The notes: generated from the sequence alone by a model not told the origin. A stretch of 64,000 bases of DNA from a virus (IMGVR_UViG_3300033072_000473:1-64000), one strand, 5' to 3'; shown: positions 56,061 through 62,101, counted from the first letter of the stretch. Numbers and translations are program-made.

Positions 56061-56127
56061 CTCCAGGTTAAGTTTTTGGTTTCTTGATAATTTGTAAGAA
56101 ATTTCTGTTTATTGCTGTAGTTAACCT
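56061..56127 (-). ncRNA. Y-RNA-like element E4 abutting the SD of the TROVE-like gene
   Basis: Stem aggttaa/ttaacct + CTACAGCAA; 3' arm runs directly into ggag SD. Confidence 0.6.
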
Positions 56128-56132
56128 AAAAT

Positions 56133-56264
56133 CAACGGGATGCTTTGTAACTGTTTATTAAACGAAAACCGTTACCCAAACGTTCGTCGACACCGATATC
56201 TATAAATAGATATCTGAAAGCCTCGACCATCTCCATAAGTGTATATGGTTGCTGAAGTCATCCC
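56133..56264 (-). ncRNA. Y-RNA-like element E5, multibranched
   Basis: Stem gggatg/catccc + ACTTCAGCAA; inner helices ccata/tatgg, gtcga/tcgac, gatatctat/atagatatc, gtaac/gttac. Confidence 0.6.
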
Positions 56265-56269
56265 AAAAC

Positions 56270-56343
56270 TGGTTGCGAGGCCCGGATTCGAACCGGGAAT
56301 TTTGGCTTATGAGACCAAACGGATGCCTTTTCCACACCTCGCG
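56270..56343 (-). tRNA. tRNA-Met(CAT), initiator-like
   Basis: C1:A72 mismatch, loop CT CAT AA; lacks the usual three G-C anticodon-stem pairs. Confidence 0.75.
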
Positions 56344-56556
56344 TCAAATTTTATATCGCTCTAGCAAATCTTTAGCGATTGCTAATAGCTGTTTGCGTCG
56401 TTCTAAAGAAGTTATAAGCAGCTTTTTAGCATTATCAGTGTAATGTTCAAGCTGTTCTTCACACTCAGAGATAGTACTCATTGAATCTTCGACTGCATTT
56501 TCAATGATTTGAATTAGCTCTGGTGTTACTGGAATGCTTTTCATTTGTAATCTCAC
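56344..56556 (-). CDS. Hypothetical protein
   Basis: Helical ORF after a promoter; start probably MKSIPV. Confidence 0.55.
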   Translation of the reverse strand: MRLQMKSIPVTPELIQIIENAVEDSMSTISECEEQLEHYTDNAKKLLITSLERRKQLLAIAKDLLERYKI

Positions 56557-56566
56557 TTAAAGATAT

Positions 56567-56595
56567 ATTATACAACTTTAAGTAAAAGGTTTCAA
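56567..56595 (-). promoter_or_regulatory. sigma70-type promoter driving fMet-tRNA, E5, E4 and the TROVE-like gene
   Basis: TTGAAA-17-TATAAT; no terminator seen before 54630. Confidence 0.7.
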
Positions 56596-56606
56596 ACTCA
56601 AATTTT

Positions 56607-56825
56607 TCAAACTATATCCCAAACATCTGTGCGGTATAGTTTGGGAAATTCTTGTTTATGTTGCTCAGCAAAGTCTAGAATTTCTATTAGAATTTGAAAT
56701 TCAAAACCTTGCCTGTTGGGTCTAGAAGTGGTTATTAACCCTTCTAAGTATTCTTTACACTCTTTTGTACCCCATAGTATACGTAAGTTTTTTACTATAT
56801 GAGGATGCCTAGTTGCTAAACCCAT
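56607..56825 (-). CDS. Hypothetical protein
   Basis: SD gaggag; HPHIVKNL..LWG..EC..YL..L...R..RQGF pattern. Confidence 0.65.
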   Translation of the reverse strand: MGLATRHPHIVKNLRILWGTKECKEYLEGLITTSRPNRQGFEFQILIEILDFAEQHKQEFPKLYRTDVWDIV

Positions 56826-56850
56826 AGTAAAATCTCCTCAAATTTTAGTA

Positions 56851-56926
56851 TGGCGCCCTGTAGGGGTTTCGATCCCCTTGCCTCTGCAGTGACAGTGCAG
56901 TGCTCTCCCGATTGAGCTAACAGGGC
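56851..56926 (-). tRNA. tRNA-Asp(GTC)
   Basis: ctgca-CT GTC AC-tgcag, G73, CCA; T-loop ATCGAAA. Confidence 0.88.
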
Positions 56927-57501
56927 TATGGATTAGCTAGAAAGAAAGCTTTTGCAAACCCTAGCGGAGTCATTGACCTTAATTCTTTTGTGCGTTCAGA
57001 TTTACCACCCAATTTCATAATCCACGAATTAGGATTAGGTTTAACAGGAGTTTTTACAAGTTCTTTATTGAAGTTACCCCATAATCCTGTCTTTTTTGTG
57101 TACGGATCACCAAAATCGCAAGGATTAAAGTGCCAAGGTTTTCCTAGTTGTGGACGTAGCTTTTGTAGTCTACCAACAGGGTTCTCTAGTGCCCACCAGC
57201 AAGGCTGGCATACTTCAATTATTTCTAGTACTTTGTCAATTAGTTTTAAACTAGCATCTGTACGCCCGTCTAAATCTTTTTGTTTCCAGTATTGTGCACC
57301 ACTTCCAGCAAAATCAGTACATGGAGGGGCTGCTAAAATTCCGTGAATCTTTCCCAGTGGAATAATATCATTATACACGTCTAGTTCAAGAATATCAAAT
57401 CCATTTTTTATATCTAGAGAGTATACCTCATAGCCAGCTTCACGATAGTACTTTGGCCAGTTACCACTATAGTCGAAAAACGAAAGGATTATTTTATTCA
57501 T
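56926..57501 (-). CDS. Short C5-cytosine methyltransferase (start moved to MNKIIL)
   Basis: Motif I-like SFFDYSG, catalytic PPC, ENP; the longer tracked start lies inside tRNA-Thr. Confidence 0.75.
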   Translation of the reverse strand: MNKIILSFFDYSGNWPKYYREAGYEVYSLDIKNGFDILELDVYNDIIPLGKIHGILAAPPCTDFAGSGAQYWKQKDLDGRTDASLKLIDKVLEIIEVCQPCWWALENPVGRLQKLRPQLGKPWHFNPCDFGDPYTKKTGLWGNFNKELVKTPVKPNPNSWIMKLGGKSERTKELRSMTPLGFAKAFFLANP

Positions 57502-57508
57502 ATGTTTT

Positions 57509-57583
57509 TGGTGCTCCCACTGTGAGTCGAACACAGATTCGCGGGTTACAAAGCCGCAGTAATAGCCATTATACTATAGGAGC
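57509..57583 (-). tRNA. tRNA-Thr(TGT), normal size
   Basis: G1-C72, C2-G71, loop TT TGT AA, CCA. Confidence 0.88.
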
Positions 57584-57587
57584 TTAT

Positions 57588-57663
57588 TGGTGCTACCTCT
57601 TGGAATCGAACCAAGTTCAAAGGTTCTTCAAACCTCCGCTATGACCACATCAGCTAAAGTAGC
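57588..57663 (-). tRNA. tRNA-Phe(GAA)
   Basis: aggt-TT GAA GA-acct, CCA. Confidence 0.9.
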
Positions 57664-57664
57664 A

Positions 57665-57805
57665 TTAATCTTCAACTACTTCACAGTAATTTCTAGGTTC
57701 TTGCTGTACTCGGGCCAGAATGGCCCCGATTCTTTGCTTCCAGTAGTCTGAAACGCCTGAATCTCCAGCAAGAAGTTTTAGTAATTCAAATATTTCTTTG
57801 TCCAT
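57665..57805 (-). CDS. 46-aa hypothetical protein (MDKEIFELL...); not in ORF track
   Basis: Exactly fills the tRNA-His/tRNA-Phe gap; no SD, ATG 3 nt after CCA. Confidence 0.4.
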   Translation of the reverse strand: MDKEIFELLKLLAGDSGVSDYWKQRIGAILARVQQEPRNYCEVVED

Positions 57806-57808
57806 AAT

Positions 57809-57884
57809 TGGGGTGATATGTGAGAGTCGAACTCATTCGCAAAAGGTTCACAGCCTTCGCCTGCTCCACGCAGCCTCATACCAC
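57809..57884 (-). tRNA. tRNA-His(GTG)
   Basis: aagg-CT GTG AA-cctt, C73, CCA. Confidence 0.85.
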
Positions 57885-58059
57885 GAATAAATATACTAGT
57901 CAATAGGTGCATCAAGTTTCTAGTGTCCAGTTACTAGTCTTATATCCGTCACGATTACCCTAAAGTTCCCGGATTCAGAGTAGCCTATTGCTTAATATAG
58001 CTATTTTCTGTAATTCATACTATATTAAATTAGGACTTCACCAGTATATTTATTCGTGG
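57881..58059 (-). ncRNA. 179-nt structured RNA between tRNA-Arg and tRNA-His
   Basis: Perfect 17-bp terminal inverted repeat; inner helices aatatag/ctatatt, caatagg/cctattg, tccg/cgga, ctagt/actag. Confidence 0.5.
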
Positions 58060-58132
58060 CACCCTCGGTAGGATTCGAACCTACAGTCATGACTTCGTAG
58101 GCCATTGGTTTATTCCATTAACCGACAAGGGT
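58057..58132 (-). tRNA. tRNA-Arg(ACG)
   Basis: atggc-CT ACG AA-gtcat, CCA. Confidence 0.9.
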
Positions 58133-58140
58133 ACTGTATT

Positions 58141-58216
58141 TGGTACGAGTAGCGGGGTTCGAACCCACGACCTTAGGATTAAAAGTCCTCTGCTCTACCA
58201 ACTGAGCTATACTCGC
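58141..58216 (-). tRNA. tRNA-Lys(TTT)
   Basis: agga-CT TTT AA-tcct, CCA. Confidence 0.93.
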
Positions 58217-58220
58217 ATTA

Positions 58221-58295
58221 TGGTGGACAGTGGGGGATTCGAACCCCCGACTCCTGCGTGCAAGGCAAGTGTGTTCCCAATTATACCAACCGCCC
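58221..58295 (-). tRNA. tRNA-Ala(TGC)
   Basis: G3:U70 pair, loop CT TGC AC, CCA. Confidence 0.92.
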
Positions 58296-58359
58296 AGTTT
58301 ATGAATTCTTTTAATTAAACTCAGAAATAGTATTTTATAAGTTTAATTAAAGTAATTCA

Positions 58360-58660
58360 AGTTTATTTTTCTGTTACTAGGAAAATAAACAAACCCTAAG
58401 CAGTATTTAGGCTGCTAAAGCAAAGGTATTATCGTTTGCGTTTACTTTATTTGCTTTTTACGTCTACTCCTGACGTGTTGCCCTATCAACTATCTCACGC
58501 TGTCGAAACCAGGTCAGGCCCATCAAAAGCATACTAGGGAATCGAACCCCATTTCTAGAATAGTTCCAAACGACCAGAGCGACTGGCAGTATGCTTTTGG
58601 TGGACCTGGGCGGAATCGAACCGCCGTCCAACGCGCCTTTATATCAAAGGTTATACAACA
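58360..58660 (-). ncRNA. ssrA: Circularly permuted (two-piece) tmRNA
   Basis: Acceptor piece (about 58660-58598) ends ggcggTTCGATTccgcc-caggtcc-A-CCA. After a 76-nt spacer, the coding piece starts GGGCCTGACCTGGTTTCGAC at 58521 (G3:U70). Tag GCA AAC GAT AAT ACC TTT GCT TTA GCA GCC TAA = ANDNTFALAA at 58439-58407. Outer ends approximate. Confidence 0.9.
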
Positions 58661-58661
58661 A

Positions 58662-58907
58662 TTACTTACAAGTAGCAAGCCACTTTCTGATTTCTTCTAC
58701 AGTCTTAACACCGCTAATAGAATGTTTACTAGGGAGATGTAGTAGTGTTGGTACTCCGCGGATCATATATTCATCTACAAGATCTGGGTGTACATCAATA
58801 TCTACTACTTCTACATCAATACCTAAATCTGCACTTTCCAAGTTTTTGGCAAGTGCCTTACATGGTTGACACCAACTAGCAGTAAATCTGAGAACTTTTT
58901 CTTGCAT
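58662..58907 (-). CDS. Thioredoxin-like protein (start moved to MQEKVL)
   Basis: WCQPC active site, cis-Pro GVPTL; SD ggag. Confidence 0.88.
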   Translation of the reverse strand: MQEKVLRFTASWCQPCKALAKNLESADLGIDVEVVDIDVHPDLVDEYMIRGVPTLLHLPSKHSISGVKTVEEIRKWLATCK

Positions 58908-59022
58908 ATTATCTCCGTTCTTAGGGCTAGAACCGCGATGCAACCGACAGTGCCTAGGTATCTTCTATTTAATCGCTCGAACGTTTAAGACTTGTTCAGT
59001 CTGCGAACCCTGTTCTTTAATT

Positions 59023-59343
59023 TGGTACCCGTGGCCGGAATCGAACCGGCATGCTTGCGCGAGGGATTTTAAGCGGTTATGTCCTAAAGTTTCCTAAAGG
59101 CCCGGACTATCTCTTTACCTTCAACACTACTTGTTAAGGTAGTGGGCGTTCTTGCTGGTTATTAAGAGGGCTAAACCTCTCCAGTAGTCTCTACACCTTC
59201 CAATACTGTAGTATTGGCTTGGCTCGCGATTGCCATTTTACAGACTCTCCCGAATTAACCCACAGTTTATCTAACTATTTCTAATTAGAGGGGACTATCA
59301 GTTTCTGCTGATCCCTTGTGTCTTCCTATTTCACCACACGGGC
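59023..59343 (-). tRNA. tRNA-Leu(TAA) interrupted by a group I intron
   Basis: 5' exon gcccgtg...cacaaggga(t); 3' exon (c)ttaaaatccct...gccggTTCGATTccggc-cacgggt-A-CCA. Confidence 0.88.
59074..59310 (-). mobile_element. ORF-less group I intron, about 237 nt, IC3-like core
   Basis: P1 gggaU pairs with Gtccc (U.G); Q ggcaatcgcgagcc, R gtgtagagactac, S aagagatagtcc; GAAA-capped P9; terminal G. Confidence 0.85.
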
Positions 59344-59344
59344 A

Positions 59345-60061
59345 TTATGTTCCATAATGCTTTAAGTTATACTCTTCTAGATCTATTCTGTTTCCTTTTG
59401 CAATATTCTCTTCTGGAGTTAAATATTGCAGATTGGCAACAACGTGTAGCCCAGATACTAGCTCACCTTTTAATGGTAATATATGATCTACATGTAACCC
59501 TTTAGGGCAGTTCCTATAAAATTCTTGTAAACCTTTTATATCTTCCCAATTAACGCACCGTAAAGAACGTTCACCTTTATAGTGCTGATTTCGCTCTAGA
59601 ATTTTAGTATAATTCTTTTCATAAGACCGTTTATGTGCTTCTTTAGTACTGTCTTTTGAATACGCAATTTTATTTAATTCTTTTCTACAACTTTTACAAT
59701 AATGGTGTCTACCACAAGTTGCACTATTGTCTATATCAAATTCTTTGAAGGTCTTTATCTCTCTACAGGAGATACAAAGTTTATACTCAATAAATATTAG
59801 TAATTTCCACTTCCAAGTTTCGTTGCCGCCGTTTAGCTTTCCAAATTTTGGAACAAAGTATTCATCTAATACTCTATTAATGGTTTGCGCACCTCTATTC
59901 AATAGTTTAGCAGCTTTTGGTATTGTACCTTGCTCAAGTATGGCTAAAATCATATCACCGGCCAATACTTCGGCAGTATTGGATCTAGCCTTTCTTAGCA
60001 CTGTATTATACTCTAAATTAAGTTTATTAAGTATTAAAGTTGTTAATTCTTGATTTGTCAT
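59345..60061 (-). CDS. Free-standing HNH endonuclease (start moved to MTNQEL)
   Basis: CxxC pairs; HVDHILPL...GLHVVANLQYL...N..K.N; SD ggagg. Confidence 0.88.
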   Translation of the reverse strand: MTNQELTTLILNKLNLEYNTVLRKARSNTAEVLAGDMILAILEQGTIPKAAKLLNRGAQTINRVLDEYFVPKFGKLNGGNETWKWKLLIFIEYKLCISCREIKTFKEFDIDNSATCGRHHYCKSCRKELNKIAYSKDSTKEAHKRSYEKNYTKILERNQHYKGERSLRCVNWEDIKGLQEFYRNCPKGLHVDHILPLKGELVSGLHVVANLQYLTPEENIAKGNRIDLEEYNLKHYGT

Positions 60062-60080
60062 TTGTGTCCTCCATTTAAAT

Positions 60081-60109
60081 ATTATAAATTTAGAAGACAT
60101 AAAAGTCAA
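60081..60109 (-). promoter_or_regulatory. Promoter of the HNH gene
   Basis: TTGACT-17-TATAAT; spacer tgtcttc can pair with SD ggaggaca. Confidence 0.75.
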
Positions 60110-60119
60110 ATTTAATTTT

Positions 60120-60203
60120 TGGTACCCTCGGTCGGACTCGAACCGACACGCAACTAAGCCCAGGGCCTAAACCTGGTGGATATACCAATTCTCCTACGAG
60201 GGT
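60120..60203 (-). tRNA. tRNA-Leu(TAG)
   Basis: ccagg-TT TAG GC-cctgg, variable arm, A73, CCA. Confidence 0.9.
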
Positions 60204-60205
60204 AT

Positions 60206-60934
60206 AGTATAGGAAATTGTTCTTCGTCTACTTCACATGCACTTCTTGAAACCTACAAGTACTAGCGTGTGCCATGTTTTTCGATCTCGCTCAGAAGTAG
60301 GTTCTAGCGTTATCTCTCCGAGATCTATTTAGACTAGATATACTAAGGGCATGACTCCCGTTCTACTATTAGAATAAATAAACTCTGCGTTAAGAACAAT
60401 TTACTATACTGACAGGCACTCCATACTGTCATTAGGGGACGGGTATCGCAATCCACACGGGGTTCATTTGTCATGGTAACTACCTAGTATCACGGGAACT
60501 CCTACCCGAGTCTAGACTAATTGGGAATACTAGTAACGGCTTTCTGTTATCTCATAATTCAGTAGCTCACCAAACCCATTGGCCTTGTCACATAAGTCGC
60601 CCAAATATGAGTCGGGTCGAAACAGAGTACTTGGTCTACGGCTTGTTACCAGTATAGTTAAGAAGCATCTTTGGCTGTCCCGAAGTTCGAAAACAAGGTA
60701 AAGTCCTACAAGTTGCTTCTTGACTATACCGCCTCCGCCGAGGCATTGTGGTATAGTGTTAGTGATACCTAAGGTAATCCGCACTCCTTTGTATCCCCTA
60801 AAAGGGCTGAGACTCGAACTCAGTCGGTATTAAGTATCTTTTAAAGGTCTTGCTAACTTCCGACCCCCTAGTCTAACTGTCGACAAGTTACTAGGATTTA
60901 GTCTGATTCTTTGTTTATCTTTCGCCGAATCAGA
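60206..60934 (-). ncRNA. Large (about 730 nt) highly structured ncRNA candidate, GOLLD/ROOL-like by size and context
   Basis: Runs from a promoter to tRNA-Leu with no credible ORF; many helices, a T-arm (60807-60823) and repeated AGTA/GAA loop-E-like words. Confidence 0.55.
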
Positions 60935-60940
60935 AATAAT

Positions 60941-60969
60941 ATTATACGCTAATAGTTAGCGATAAACAA
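60941..60969 (-). promoter_or_regulatory. sigma70-type promoter of the large ncRNA
   Basis: TTGTTT-17-TATAAT; palindrome cgctaa-tag-ttagcg in spacer. Confidence 0.7.
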
Positions 60970-60977
60970 GTCAAAAT

Positions 60978-61979
60978 TTACTTATTCATTAGCATCATCA
61001 TCATGAGCATATTTTGATCCATCTGCTTTCCGCCCATCATGCTCATCATAGCAAAAGTTTTCATATCAAACTCTTTGCCGTCGCCCATCATCATAGCCAT
61101 CATCATAGGATTGGTATTTTCACCAAACATATTCTTAACGGCTAGAACAGTATTCTTACCGAAGAATAGGTTGGTTACTTGCCCAACCTGCTTTACTTCG
61201 CCGTTAAGCGTAACTACTTCATAGCCACTTTCAGTTTTCTGCTTGAAGAAATAGGCATCTTGCCCGCTAATGATAATGTCCCCTTCTTCTAGCGTTTCTA
61301 CAGCCACTCGCATAGCAAAAGCTGGTACTTTAACACCAAAATCAGTAATAGGATTAACGGAAACGCCACCATCAACGTAGACAGAAATCCCGTCTTGGGA
61401 CTGTACACCGAACTTTCCTGATTGGATGTCGATTGCAACATTCTTGACCTCACGAAAGAAAGAGTCACGCATATTAGATTGAATGTTCATTTGTGTATCC
61501 TTAGATTTATTAAGCTGTTCGTTAACGTATTTTTTAGTTGCTACTTCTTCACCATTTACTACTAAGTTTCCAGTAGTGTTGCTAGTTAAATTAGCAAAGC
61601 GCTTAGAGGTTCCTGAAGCTGCAAAAGTATATGCCGCAGTATTTTGTAGTGAAGAAGGAAGTCGTTGAAGAATTAAGTAGTTAGGAGTATATTTAGTGAT
61701 AGTGTATTTAGCACCGTAACCGGCGAGTGTTTGTGCTGCTGCTACCTCATATTGAGGTATATCAGCATTGCGAATATACGCAACATGTACACCCTTAATC
61801 AACACTGCGTAGGCCTGCCCATTAACTCCATTAGTATTATACTCATGTTTAATCTCAACCTCAGGTTTAATACTACCTGGATCATTAATTTGAGGAATAA
61901 AACTTTTTAGGTATTCTTGATCTTGCGTAGGTCTAAACCGCATACCTACTGCAATTAATTTATCTGGATATGAGGACAT
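60978..61979 (-). CDS. Hypothetical protein: HIRAN-like N-domain and Met-rich C-terminus
   Basis: VGMRFR...E..N.....A.AV......VAYI; ends with Met-rich helices. Confidence 0.6.
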   Translation of the reverse strand: MSSYPDKLIAVGMRFRPTQDQEYLKSFIPQINDPGSIKPEVEIKHEYNTNGVNGQAYAVLIKGVHVAYIRNADIPQYEVAAAQTLAGYGAKYTITKYTPNYLILQRLPSSLQNTAAYTFAASGTSKRFANLTSNTTGNLVVNGEEVATKKYVNEQLNKSKDTQMNIQSNMRDSFFREVKNVAIDIQSGKFGVQSQDGISVYVDGGVSVNPITDFGVKVPAFAMRVAVETLEEGDIIISGQDAYFFKQKTESGYEVVTLNGEVKQVGQVTNLFFGKNTVLAVKNMFGENTNPMMMAMMMGDGKEFDMKTFAMMSMMGGKQMDQNMLMMMMLMNK

Positions 61980-61994
61980 TTTTATCTCTTAAAA

Positions 61995-62086
61995 TGGTAG
62001 AAGCGGCAGGAATCGAACCTGCATTGGCCAATTATCTATTGCACACGGGATATAAGTCCGCTGTTTTACCGTTAAACTACGCTTCC
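61995..62086 (-). tRNA. Atypical 92-nt tRNA with TAT anticodon and long variable arm
   Basis: Acceptor ggaagcg/cgcttct, loop CT TAT AT, 22-nt variable region, T arm gcagg-TTCGATT-cctgc, CCA. Confidence 0.75.
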
Positions 62087-62101
62087 CAAACTGTAAATAA
62101 T

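Noticed and set aside
58522-58598. Amber suppressor tRNA / TAG recoding
   Set aside because: No U33 or CCA, and TAG ends several well-formed genes (e.g. 9308, 19682, 56926).
56249-59069. Plus-strand ORFs 56249..56443, 56990..57346, 57453..57644, 58591..58869
   Set aside because: Antisense to tRNAs, tmRNA or real genes, with no SD or motifs.
60530-60784. 84-aa ORF inside the large ncRNA
   Set aside because: No SD, atypical composition, crosses several helices.
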